This document shows, piece after piece, positions 34,970-44,490 of a stretch of DNA of 64,000 bases. Within the stretch, counting starts at the first letter, position 1. Each line of letters opens with the position of its first letter. The translations under genes and the position numbers were made by a program. The stretch comes from an uncultured delta proteobacterium. Its GTDB lineage: Bacteria > Desulfobacterota > Syntrophia > Syntrophales > UBA2185. Below the pieces are notes generated by a model that saw nothing but the letters and a program-made list of their open reading frames with translations, searched no databases and had not been told where the DNA came from. Where the stretch lies: assembly GCA_963729715.1 (NCBI GenBank), contig CAVSPA010000018.1, positions 16,191 to 80,190 on the forward strand, read 5' to 3'.

Positions 34970-35968
34970 TCATTCTTTAACAGGCGTCCAGGTTGCATCG
35001 GGATTGTATGATTTCATCTCTGAGGCGATCTTCGCTGTGTCCGGCCCGAGATTCTTCTGGTACACTTTCCCCTGCTGATTGACAATAAAAGTCATGACCC
35101 CTGATTTTCCCCAGTTTGAGGGAAAAGCGACCAAGGCGAAGCCCCCAACCATGTTACCGTTGATGACATAGTTGTATTTTCCTCCCGGCGCTTTCTTCCC
35201 CTGCCTTGTTAATATCTTGAAATAGTAGCCGTGAAAAGGTACCGGCTGCTCTTCCTTGAAGGCGGCCTTTTCCTTCTTGTATCCCTCATGCCAGGCTCGT
35301 GCCAAGAGCTCACCTAGGGGGCTTGACTCTTCTCCCGGCGCGCTTCTCCAGAAGAGGCCGTTTCTCTTCCCGGAATCGCTCCGGAGTTTCTGCGCGTATG
35401 CAAATATCCCGTCGCCACCGCAGTCTTTAAGCGCGTACTCGCGTTGCGCCTTCACATAGGCGCGGCTGACCAGTATGGCGGTGAGTTCATTTTCTCCGAT
35501 CCGGCGGTTCAGTATCTCTTCCTTGCCTGCCTCCGTGTCAAAGAACCATTGGTTATCTTTTTTTACAATGGGAATAGGAAAGGGCCAGTTCTCATTTCCT
35601 ACGTGAAGGATAACTTTTGTATCGCCTTCTTTCACGAGGCTGGTTTTTTCAGCGAGGTGCTTGGCAAGCTCTTCAAACTCTGCGGCGTCCTGCACCCTGT
35701 CGCCAGAGCGCAGGTCTTTTCCGGAGGGCCCGAAGATCTGATCGAGTGCGGCTTTGTCCTTTGTCTTGACGGCATCTGCAAGATTTTTCACGGCGTCTTC
35801 GGGAGAGGAAAAGAGCCTCTGCGATGGCGCCCCGAATACCGGTATAGTCCAGGTAAAGACAAGGACCGCAATCAACAGGATCAAAGCGGTGAAGGCCATT
35901 CCCTGCGATGGGCGACATGCGGGTTTCTCTTCTATTGTACCCATAGTTTCCTTCCTTTCCATATTCAT
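34970..35968 (-). CDS. DUF2950-family exported protein
   Basis: ..FPIPIVKKDNQWFFDT..GKEEILNRRIG.NEL.. and ..HGYYFKILT.QG..APGG.. and ..GGFALVAFP..WG.SGVMTFIVNQQGKVY.. The start is uncertain. Confidence 0.7.
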   Translation of the reverse strand: MNMERKETMGTIEEKPACRPSQGMAFTALILLIAVLVFTWTIPVFGAPSQRLFSSPEDAVKNLADAVKTKDKAALDQIFGPSGKDLRSGDRVQDAAEFEELAKHLAEKTSLVKEGDTKVILHVGNENWPFPIPIVKKDNQWFFDTEAGKEEILNRRIGENELTAILVSRAYVKAQREYALKDCGGDGIFAYAQKLRSDSGKRNGLFWRSAPGEESSPLGELLARAWHEGYKKEKAAFKEEQPVPFHGYYFKILTRQGKKAPGGKYNYVINGNMVGGFALVAFPSNWGKSGVMTFIVNQQGKVYQKNLGPDTAKIASEMKSYNPDATWTPVKE

Positions 35969-36012
35969 TAATTCTCCGTTGCCAAAAAATATTTAACGCA
36001 AACCTGCATTTG

Positions 36013-37248
36013 TTACCGCCCCGGTCTGCCCCCGGAGGAACTCCTGCCCGCTGGCGCGCTCCCTCTGCTCGCAGGAGGGGCAGAGGGTCGTGTTACGGTG
36101 CTGCTCTGACGACTCTCCTGGCCGCGAAGGCTCTGCGACCTTGCCTCGCTGCCTCCCCTGTAACCGCCAAAGGTAACTGATGGCGTCCTCGCGGGCTGCA
36201 TTATTCCCACTGCAGGACGGAGCGGCGGGGAAACGCTGCTGATATGAGGGGCCGGCATGGACGGCTGTCGGCTGAGAGCGGCAGCCGGTGGCGCCTGCCG
36301 CTGGTTGATTGTACCGAGGCTCTGCCTGCCGCGATTGCTGAACGAGCTCGTGTCGCCCCTCGGGCCGAAAACTACTCCCGGGACATTCATCTGCGTTGTC
36401 CCTCTTCCCCTGACTTCAGGTGTGTGCGCAACCGTGCCTCTGCTGACGCGGCCGGGCTGTGATGCACGGAACCTTTCAGGGTCGCCGTGTGACATATCAT
36501 GTCTCCAGGTCTCGTTTATGAAAGGCCTGCTTCTGTTGACGTAAACATTCGGTACGTGGACATAGGGCCTCGCATGATTGACCCAACCCGGCCGATTCCA
36601 GCCATGATAGATTACGTGATGCTGGCGCCAGTCAAAGTCCATGCTCAGCCAGCCCCCGATTGCCAGACCGGAGCCGTACGTGACGAAGGGCGGCGAGCCC
36701 GGAACCCAACTATTGTCATATACGACCAAATCATCATACTCGGGAACGTACATATAGTCTGCTTGAGTCGGAATGATCTCGATGTTGTCGCCGTCGATAA
36801 TGACTTGCTCTTTATCGTTGCTCTCCAGATTACCGGCGTCTCTGGCCTCCCACCTGAGCCGCTGGATCGCTCTCGTCACATCTTCCGGCTGATTGAGAAA
36901 CGCATCTCCGAGGTCGGCAATCCAGCCCAAATTTCCAGCCATCATTTTAAGAATCTCGGGATAGTAGGAAATTGCCTTGACGGATTCATCCCAACTCTGT
37001 CCGTCAATACCCGATACGGTCCCGCCTCTTTTAAACCATGCATCCGCATCGGCAATTTCCGCCGGATACGTCGAGGCCGGCAACATCACGGCAAGCAGGG
37101 GGTCGGGATAGAGGGCGATGGGTGCGAGGAGATCATCAAGCTCTTGATCAGAAGATGCGCTTGCGGGTGAGCCGGCACCTTCAGCCTGCGCGAAGAAAGC
37201 GCCGAAGAGAAAAATAAAAACAATGAATGTGCGTACTGTTTTTTTCAT
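36013..37248 (-). CDS. DUF3300-family exported protein with a Pro/Ser/Arg-rich tail
   Basis: Signal peptide, then ..LDDLLAPIALYPDPLLAVMLPASTYPAEIADA..W.. The opposite-strand ORF 36499-37170 is a shadow. Confidence 0.7.
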   Translation of the reverse strand: MKKTVRTFIVFIFLFGAFFAQAEGAGSPASASSDQELDDLLAPIALYPDPLLAVMLPASTYPAEIADADAWFKRGGTVSGIDGQSWDESVKAISYYPEILKMMAGNLGWIADLGDAFLNQPEDVTRAIQRLRWEARDAGNLESNDKEQVIIDGDNIEIIPTQADYMYVPEYDDLVVYDNSWVPGSPPFVTYGSGLAIGGWLSMDFDWRQHHVIYHGWNRPGWVNHARPYVHVPNVYVNRSRPFINETWRHDMSHGDPERFRASQPGRVSRGTVAHTPEVRGRGTTQMNVPGVVFGPRGDTSSFSNRGRQSLGTINQRQAPPAAALSRQPSMPAPHISSVSPPLRPAVGIMQPARTPSVTFGGYRGGSEARSQSLRGQESRQSSTVTRPSAPPASRGSAPAGRSSSGGRPGR

Positions 37249-37375
37249 ACTGCCTGATCAGAATAACGTTATATTAAGATTATAGGCCATCTGAAAACAA
37301 AGTCAAGCAACAGCATAAAGGACCAAGTCCTGAGAACAGAACTTGGTCCCGTGGCACTTCTTCCCAGGGCCGCTT

Positions 37376-37942
37376 TCAGCCGCAGAGCTTCTTCGCCATC
37401 CAGGCGATCTTTTGCCCGAGGGCCTGCGCGCTCTGCACGCCTTCCTTATCTTTGTCCACCTCTCCTTTATCTCTCGCTACGCTAATTGAGCGACCGGCGA
37501 TGATAAGCTCATTAGCGAAGAAGAAATGGTTCATGGTTTCGATTGTATGCATCCCTCCGCTGCGGCGGAAACAGGATACGGAAGCCCCGATCTTGTTCTT
37601 GTACATCCTCCCATTTGCCAATCCGACGAAGCCGGCCCGGTCGACCAAGGCCTTCATCTCCGCTGTTACATCCTGAAAATAGGAAGGAGATCCCAAAACG
37701 ATACCCTGAGCCATCGTCATTTTTTCGATATACTCATTCGCCGCATCTTTCTTAACGGCGCACCGCTGGTCCTTATTCTCGAAACACTTGTAACAGGCGA
37801 TGCACCCGTGAATTGCCTTTGCAGAAAGCTGAACGATTTCCGTTTCTATGCCCTCTTTCTCGACCTCCCGTAAGAGATGGCCTAACAACGTGTTGGTGTT
37901 GCCGTCTTGCCTTGGACTGCCATTGAAACCGATAACCTTCAT
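37376..37942 (-). CDS. Flavodoxin-fold FMN reductase / iron-sulfur flavoprotein-like protein
   Basis: MKVIGFNGSPRQDGNT.. and the compact Cys cluster ..HGCIACYKC......RC.. Confidence 0.75.
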   Translation of the reverse strand: MKVIGFNGSPRQDGNTNTLLGHLLREVEKEGIETEIVQLSAKAIHGCIACYKCFENKDQRCAVKKDAANEYIEKMTMAQGIVLGSPSYFQDVTAEMKALVDRAGFVGLANGRMYKNKIGASVSCFRRSGGMHTIETMNHFFFANELIIAGRSISVARDKGEVDKDKEGVQSAQALGQKIAWMAKKLCG

Positions 37943-37972
37943 ATCCGTCCTCCTCTCCGTTATGATATCTAC

Positions 37973-38527
37973 TTATTCCTTTCGGTCTGCTTCAATTTTT
38001 TCTTTTATAAAATTTACCAGGGACCCTTCCGCACGCCATGTCCAACAGGTGTTGAGAAGCATATTGAACATATCTGATGTGAATTTGGGGGACTCCTGCA
38101 ATTTGTAGGCAGCGTATCCCTGAATGGTTGAGGAACCCATTGCTGTCAACAGCGCCACGAGATGGTTGCACCCTTTACCACTGCCTGCGAGAGCCTTTAC
38201 CCTTGACGTAAATCCACGTGTAATCCTTAATCCCTTGACAGGCTCCAGGCTGTTGATGGTCTCCAGACACTCTTCTCGCGGAACGGCAGGCATTTCGACA
38301 TGCAGATCCTCAATCTCAAGCGTTGTCTTGTTAACGAGCATATGGATGATCATCTGATGCAATAGGCCGGGCGATCTTTTTTCACCTGTGGCCAAATGAT
38401 ATTCCTGCAATCGATGATCTGTCAAGCACCCCTCTACGACTAATCTCTGTTCGTCATATTCATAGGTATTCACCTCTATGGTTCTTGTGTGATATTTTTT
38501 TCCGTTCGGTTTTTCAAAGAAGCTCAT
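37973..38527 (-). CDS. DUF2889-family protein
   Basis: ..HQMIIHMLVN..TLEIEDLHVEMPAVPREEC......VKGLRITRGF...V.ALAG...GCNHLVALL.. Confidence 0.65.
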   Translation of the reverse strand: MSFFEKPNGKKYHTRTIEVNTYEYDEQRLVVEGCLTDHRLQEYHLATGEKRSPGLLHQMIIHMLVNKTTLEIEDLHVEMPAVPREECLETINSLEPVKGLRITRGFTSRVKALAGSGKGCNHLVALLTAMGSSTIQGYAAYKLQESPKFTSDMFNMLLNTCWTWRAEGSLVNFIKEKIEADRKE

Positions 38528-38793
38528 CGCGCTCTTTCTCCCATACCTTTAATATTAAGATACTCTGACGAAATATCATATAAAGATAACGGCCCTGTAT
38601 GTCAATGCAATACCAGCGACAGATTACGGCTTGAAGTGTTCTGTGATTGAGAAATCCATTGGGTCATTGATAACTGGAAGACAGGCTGCCGATGCCACCT
38701 ACACTTCTTGACGCCTTGGTGTCACGATTCAACATTTTCATTTGAAATCCTTACCCTGCGGAGTCTGTATCTCATCAATTTGTCTTAACTGGT

Positions 38794-39753
38794 TTAAAAG
38801 CGATAACCTGGCCCGACCATGATCACGTCGGTATCGCGGTTGTAATCTGTGGTAATGCGATTCCAGGAGAGACGTACCAACCAGTTCGGGTTGAATCGAT
38901 AGCTTGCGGACAACGTGATAACACCCGCCACAGCATACCTATCTTCATTGCCGTATGTGTCAACAAGGAAGTAGGGACCTAAGCCGACTCCAAGGGCTAG
39001 ATGCTCATCAAGAAAAGCACGGGCCAGCCAGGCTTGAGAAAGGATGCCGTTGCGGCGGATGAGATGATTATCACCCTCGTTGAGCCATGCAATAGTCCAG
39101 TCTATGTATCGTGCAATACCGTGGCGGTATTCGATGCTTTGAGCCATTGATTGCGGGGAATTTGCGCTGTTGACGGTGGTTTGACCGATCATCACTGTTA
39201 TCTCGTTATCCGTCGTTTTCACACGCGGGGGCCCTGCTCCGGACGATGGATCACGTGCTGATGAATAATCGAGTTGATACCCCACCCCGACCATGGCAGA
39301 ATATGTATCGATATTGTTAGTTTTAACTAAATTGCTGCGTAACTGGATGACCCACGGGCTTTCCGTGTACCAAAAACCGGCAAGGCTGAAGACCCCTCCC
39401 ACGCCGTGTTCGTCGGAGAAACGGCGTCCTCTTCTTGCCAATTCGGTATCATAGAAATAGTAAGGTCCGACCCCAGCGGCTAAGACGAACTGCTTGTCTA
39501 TAGGCTTGGTATGTGCCCAGAATTGTACTGTCGGGCCGTCGCGGTGGTTATTTGGCAAATGGCCCTCATTCAGCCACGAGACACTAAATGCTGAATATTC
39601 TCCCAACGCCTGCATGTATTCGACAGACCAGCTATATGAGCGGTCCGTGCTCGCTGTATCTCCGAGTGGTCCGCCAAGCAGATAAAGCTCCTGCGCATGT
39701 ACAGGGGTACAGCAAATCAATAGCCCACACAAAAGAGTAAGAACCCTACGCAT
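38794..39753 (-). CDS. Outer-membrane beta-barrel protein (family not recognised)
   Basis: Signal peptide MRRVLTLLCGLLICCTPVHA, alternating aromatic/Gly-rich strands, and a C-terminal ..GPGYRF. Confidence 0.65.
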   Translation of the reverse strand: MRRVLTLLCGLLICCTPVHAQELYLLGGPLGDTASTDRSYSWSVEYMQALGEYSAFSVSWLNEGHLPNNHRDGPTVQFWAHTKPIDKQFVLAAGVGPYYFYDTELARRGRRFSDEHGVGGVFSLAGFWYTESPWVIQLRSNLVKTNNIDTYSAMVGVGYQLDYSSARDPSSGAGPPRVKTTDNEITVMIGQTTVNSANSPQSMAQSIEYRHGIARYIDWTIAWLNEGDNHLIRRNGILSQAWLARAFLDEHLALGVGLGPYFLVDTYGNEDRYAVAGVITLSASYRFNPNWLVRLSWNRITTDYNRDTDVIMVGPGYRF

Positions 39754-39796
39754 TGGAATTTTTCGCTATGAATATTTACTTTGGGCTCTGAACTGA

Positions 39797-40330
39797 ATTA
39801 CCCTCGACTATAAGTCGAGGGGTTTAAGAGGGGGCGATTTCAAATCGACTGTCATCAGTCACCGGCTCCCCTTCTTGCTCTTGAATATAGTGCTGGATCA
39901 TTTCATCCGTTATGTTGCCGGAACTTACGGCCAGATACCCTCGCGCCCAGAGATGTCTGCCCCAAAATTGCTTTTTTAAATGGGAAAATTCAGATAGCAA
40001 AATTCGCGAGCTTATCCCTTTTAACCATTGAACGGTTTTGCTAACATCATGGCTGGGTCTATATGAAATGAACATGTGAACATGATCGCTCGCTACTTTG
40101 CCGGTAATTATATCAAGTTCATGTTCCAAGGCAATTTGGCGCAAGACATCTCGTGCGTGAACCGCCACTGGCCCTACCAATACTTTTTTACGGTATTTCG
40201 GTATCCAGATTAAGTGAACCTTGAGGTCACTCGTTCTATGTGCTCCTAGTTGATAACGTCGCATAGCGACAGTATATAAACTTTTCTTCGCCCAAAGGCG
40301 AGGGGTTTCCACCATCCCCGAAAGGGACAC
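39797..40330 (-). mobile_element. IS200/IS605-family minimal element (TnpA only); boundaries approximate
   Basis: A Y1 transposase gene flanked by subterminal hairpins: CCCTCGACT-ata-AGTCGAGGG at 39801-39821 and CGCC-caaa-GGCG at 40289-40300. Both hairpins are followed by the shared CGAGGGGTTT in direct orientation. Confidence 0.65.
39824..40264 (-). CDS. tnpA: IS200/IS605-family Y1 (HUH) transposase TnpA
   Basis: ..LKVHLIWIPKYRKKVL.. and ..DHVHMFISYRP (the HUH motif) and ..LWARGYLAVSSG.. I placed the start at MRRYQL. Confidence 0.85.
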   Translation of the reverse strand: MRRYQLGAHRTSDLKVHLIWIPKYRKKVLVGPVAVHARDVLRQIALEHELDIITGKVASDHVHMFISYRPSHDVSKTVQWLKGISSRILLSEFSHLKKQFWGRHLWARGYLAVSSGNITDEMIQHYIQEQEGEPVTDDSRFEIAPS

Positions 40331-40403
40331 TAAACGTTTTCATGTTTTGAATTATTTTTCCCCGAACTCTCAACAGCCATCAAACCGGCATCACAATCTC
40401 CCG

Positions 40404-41123
40404 CTATTTCACGGTATACCCGCGGGCATCGAGACAGGCACCCATCGCTCGTTGATAGTCCGCGCGCTTCTGGTTCATTTGAACTGCGGACATACCAACA
40501 GGCGGCTGGGTAGGGTCATAATGTGTCTGGCCCACAGCCCAGCTGTGGCACTCATAGCGATCTTTTGCCTGTTGCTGTTCGCTCTGGCCCTGGCGGGGAT
40601 AGATGAACGATTGGTCTGACGGCATTTGGCCTGTAGATGGGTGTGCCTGCATGGGTGGTGCCTGCATGGGTGGTGCCTGCGTGACTCCAGCCGGCGGCTC
40701 AACAACCATGTAGCCACTTGGATTTTGAACGTAATATACATCATTGGCATAATAGTAAGGGAAACCACCTATCATGATTGTCGTGTAATAGGGAGGCAAC
40801 AGGGGAACTACGATTCCGAACGGAGGCGCAACGATGACGAATCGCGGGCCGTACGGGCGGTACCAGACACCTCCGTGGAAATAATATGGTGAGCCGCCAT
40901 GAAACACCTCCCGGTAGCCGTTTGGCAACCTTTCAACATACTGACCGCGCACCGGGTAGATACCGTCATGGCCATGACGCATATCCATGAACTCTTCGTG
41001 ATGGCCGAAGCCGCGCTCTTCCGCACATACCACCTGCGTTAACCCGAATGGCATGATTCCTGACAACATTGCTAACATAAGCCCAATCGTAAGGTACCGA
41101 CTCGTATTTCGAATGTGTGACAT
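40404..41123 (-). CDS. Exported Tyr/Pro-rich protein with a conserved Cys-containing C-terminal module
   Basis: AAGGAGG lies before the ATG at 41123, so the longer ORF to 41330 is rejected. It has the APPMQAPPMQA repeat and the C-terminal ..DRYECHSWAVGQTHYDPTQ....YQRAMGACLDARGYTVK. Confidence 0.65.
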   Translation of the reverse strand: MSHIRNTSRYLTIGLMLAMLSGIMPFGLTQVVCAEERGFGHHEEFMDMRHGHDGIYPVRGQYVERLPNGYREVFHGGSPYYFHGGVWYRPYGPRFVIVAPPFGIVVPLLPPYYTTIMIGGFPYYYANDVYYVQNPSGYMVVEPPAGVTQAPPMQAPPMQAHPSTGQMPSDQSFIYPRQGQSEQQQAKDRYECHSWAVGQTHYDPTQPPVGMSAVQMNQKRADYQRAMGACLDARGYTVK

Positions 41124-41166
41124 GGCTATTGCCTCCTTAAAATCAAATATAGATCCCCCGTTTTTC

Positions 41167-41778
41167 TCACTGTACGGTATACCCGCGGCCTTCGAGGCAG
41201 GCAGACATCGCACGCCGGAAGTCACGTGCCTTTCCTTCTTCATGGCGGGCATCGAGCGCCTGATCGCGGTTGACATAAGCTTCCTGCATTTGCTGGGCCT
41301 GCTGCTGCCGGGACAAATCTGATGCACCACCTACAACAGCCCCGCTGCCTGCGCCGATCAATGCGCCGGCCCCGGCGTGCCTCGGTCCGGCTATTAACGC
41401 GCCCAGAACCGCACCGGTGATAGCCAAAACAGCTGTATCATGGCCTGGTGGGGGCATAGGCACCACTTTTACGCGACGCTCGGGCGGAATCGATGATTGA
41501 CTCGGATCGAAGCCGGTCTGTTGCATCGCCCAGTTGTAACATTCATAGTGGTCTCGCGACTGCTGCTCGGTCGTCTGGCCGGCTTTCGGGTAAAAATAAA
41601 CTTGGGTAATGGGAGCACTTGGGCTTGGGCCTGCGCTTGGGACCTCGCGATAAGTCGCAGGATAACACGCAGCCAGGGCAAGTATTAATAAGAGAAGCAA
41701 AAGCCGAAGACCTGCTTGTGATAACCGCCGTTTCAGTATATATGTTCCTGTCGTCATTTTCCAGATTGACACCATCAT
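41167..41778 (-). CDS. Lipoprotein with a glycine-zipper segment and the same C-terminal module
   Basis: GGAGG lies before the ATG. Lipobox LALAAC, Gly-zipper AITGAVLGALIAG..GAGALIGAGSGAVVGG, and ..DHYECYNWAMQQTGFDPSQ....FRRAMSACLEGRGYTVQ. Confidence 0.7.
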   Translation of the reverse strand: MMVSIWKMTTGTYILKRRLSQAGLRLLLLLLILALAACYPATYREVPSAGPSPSAPITQVYFYPKAGQTTEQQSRDHYECYNWAMQQTGFDPSQSSIPPERRVKVVPMPPPGHDTAVLAITGAVLGALIAGPRHAGAGALIGAGSGAVVGGASDLSRQQQAQQMQEAYVNRDQALDARHEEGKARDFRRAMSACLEGRGYTVQ

Positions 41779-42054
41779 TTATGTCCTCCTTCGTAATTAA
41801 ACACTTGAGAAACCATCGTCACAAAAAGATGGCTTTCGTTGTTGATTATTCTTTTTCTTTTCATGGGTTTTACATCTGTTTTATGCATACACAGCAACCG
41901 GATCGCATGAATTATGCTTACATCTTCTCCATGTGTCTCAGGATCCCCCAACTCTTTAGAAGTTCTATTGCACTCTTTAATTGGTTATCCTTCATAGCAT
42001 CTAAATCTCCTTTTGCCTGAATCGATGCCTGCGCGGTTCAAACATGACAATTGA

Positions 42055-42508
42055 TCATAACCTTGCCCACTTCTTTTTTGCAAGCCTAGGATATAGTATA
42101 TCATTACATTCCGGACAAATACTATGGCGAAATTCCGCATTTGTATTATCACTGATAAAGAGCTCTATCTGCTTCCAGTGACCATTATCGTCACGAATTT
42201 TTTTGCAGGAAGAACAAACGGGTAACAGGCCGCTTAAGGTCTTTATCTCATCAAGTGCCTTCTGAAGCTTGAGAACAAGTATTTCGTTCTCATCTGAACT
42301 CATTCTCTCTTGATGTATCAAGTAAACAACAATTGTAAAAAAGCTGAAGTGGATAAAAAGATTCCAAGAGTCGATGAAATAATTCTGAATGACTTTTCCC
42401 GCCAAAATATCTGTAGAGATTATTGTTACAGTGCTAATTACCGACATAATAATCCCGGCTTTTCTATTGATAAGCCGAGATAAAAGGCCGATAGGCATTA
42501 AATAAAAA
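42055..42508 (-). pseudogene. 3' part of a small membrane protein gene with a C-terminal CxxC..CxxC zinc ribbon, split by the ISL3 insertion
   Basis: ..LPVCSSCKKIRDDNGHWKQIELFISDNTNAEFRHSICPECN.. It joins in frame to 43877-44006 once the IS and one target-duplication copy are removed. Confidence 0.8.
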
Positions 42509-43876
42509 GGGTCTTCTGGGTTTGTTGTGCATAAATTTAATTCTATTTCGGTTCTTTGATAAAGGAAGTTATAACTTTGAGCATCAGGTATTCCTGATCC
42601 TTAATGCCGTATGCTCTGCGCTGGATGACGCGGATCTTGTTATTCAAGCCTTCCATGAATCCAAGTGAAACCTTGTGATCAGGATGGCAGTAACTGATGA
42701 TTCCGTCCCAGTGACGCTCAATGAGAGCAGCAAACTTCTCAAAGGGTTTAAGCCGCTGCCAGCGCAACTGGTCTTTCCAGCTTTCAAAGAACTTTCGTGC
42801 CCATGTTGGGTTGTTATAATCCCAGAGTTGCCCGAACGATTCTTTCAACAGATAGGCTTTATGAAGCCGTTTGTTTGCTTTTAACAGCATTTGCAAGGCC
42901 CGTCGGCCTTCAATATCTAAATTGGCTTTATGGGACAGCAACGTATAGCGCTGCCCCTTGATGAACCGACGTTCTTTCTCATTGACACGTTTGTACTCGC
43001 TGCGTCTGACCTGATCAAGGGCGTCTGCCAGATGACGCGTGATGTGAAACTTGTCATAGACAATCTGTGCGTTGGGAGCATGACTCAGCGTTGCTTTACG
43101 AAATGGCTTCCACATATCCATGACCGCCAGTTCGATTGTCTTGCAGCGCTCAGGCCCCATGGTGTCGAAGAACAACTGTAAATCCTGTTCGGTGCGACCC
43201 TGTCCACCCAGCCAGATCGGTCGTCTCTGGTCAAGATCGGCGACAACGATGGCATAGGTGTGGCCCTTACGGGTCGATATTTCATCGATGCCAATGGTCC
43301 GAAGCTGTGCGGAAGGCGGATGCTGCTCCAGCAGGCGACGCATGTAACCCTTCTCCATGCGACATACCTGGTCCCAGCTCAGGTTGTTAAGCTCTGCAAC
43401 ACGTTTGATGCTCATCTCGCGACAGAGCAGTCCAATGCGGTCTTCGAACCGCTGAGTGAACCGGGACGACTTGGCCAGCATTGAAAGAGTCTCGCGTTTC
43501 ACGGCTTTGCAATGCGGGCAGGCAACCCTGCGATACTCGAAGTCAAGATAGATGCGGGTTGCTCCGGCATCCAGGTCTCGCACCCTATGAGTTCGCCGGT
43601 CCCGATAGCTTGATGCCGTTGTACCGCAGCCGGAACAGACTGTTTTTTTTGGCGGCGCTCCAGGGTAACAATGCATCCTTCAGGATCTTCCGGGTGTGGC
43701 TTCAGCGTGGCACGGGCACGGAATCCAGGAAATTTATACAGGTCTCGGAGTGTATTTTTCGTTTTCATCTAACTACTCTATCCGAGATTAGAAAACGTGT
43801 CAATTTTCAAAGAACATTTATAAAAGCGTTACAGGTACTTATGCCTGTTTCTTTGTACAAAAAAGTCAGATGATCC
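42509..43876 (-). mobile_element. ISL3-family insertion sequence (1368 bp) with an 8-bp target-site duplication
   Basis: AATAAAAA occurs at 42501-42508 and at 43877-43884. The ends GGGTCTTCTGGGTTTGTTGTGCATAA and GGATCATCTGACTTTTTTGTACAAAG are imperfect inverted repeats, with about 18 of 26 positions matching by eye. Confidence 0.85.
42543..43768 (-). CDS. ISL3-family transposase, in two frames that join at an A8 tract
   Basis: The N-terminal frame reads MKTKNTLRDLYKFPGFRARATL..IVTLERRQKK. It shifts by -1 at the A8 tract (43643-43650) into ..TVCSGCGTT..RVRDL..RRVACPHCK.., the remainder of the transposase. Confidence 0.8.
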
Positions 43877-44006
43877 AATAAAAAAAGCCCATTCCAATTT
43901 CGTAACCCGTTAAATAATCAATAAGCCCTATAATCAAATTCAACAGGAGACCGATAACCCAAATAAATGATCTTGGCTTTCTTTCAAAATAGTCAACGAG
44001 GTACAT
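43877..44006 (-). pseudogene. 5' part of the IS-disrupted membrane protein gene
   Basis: MYLVDYFERKPRSFIWVIGLLLNLIIGLIDYLTGYEIGMGFFY. The restored junction reads GFFY-L-MPIGLLS. Confidence 0.75.
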
Positions 44007-44490
44007 ATTCACCCTTTAGAAGCCTGGCAGGTTATTACGAATTTCTGTTTGCAGTCCTATCTATATCCTTAGTCAACGAAAGGGCTCAGGAGAAAGACAT
44101 TTCTTAGTATTTTCCTGCTGTGCTATGACTCCTTTCGGAAGAATATTTGATCATATGAACAGCAACATATATGCCGACCAGAATGACGCATACCAAGCAT
44201 TTAATATTACTAAATGTTTGCTAATGGATACCGGAATGTCTTAAGCGCTAGTGGATAAAATGTATCCAATCTAAAGTATCCAGTTGATTAAAAAATATCC
44301 ACACCTGAATATACCCTATCGAATGAAATTTGACTCCTTTTCAAATGATAGGTCAATTTGATTAGTCACGCGTGTTCAATGGATATACGGTTGCGTCAGG
44401 CAGACTTCTTAATGTATTAATAATATACGAATGGAGTCAATCCGGTATAAGCCTTAGCGGAACGGAAGCTATTTTCACTGTGGTAATTTG

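Noticed and set aside
41124-41330. Longer version of ORF 40404-41330 (308 aa) overlapping the upstream lipoprotein gene
   Set aside because: The extension overlaps the 3' end of 41167-41778 in another frame. The internal ATG at 41123 has a strong AAGGAGG and is followed by a signal-peptide-like segment.
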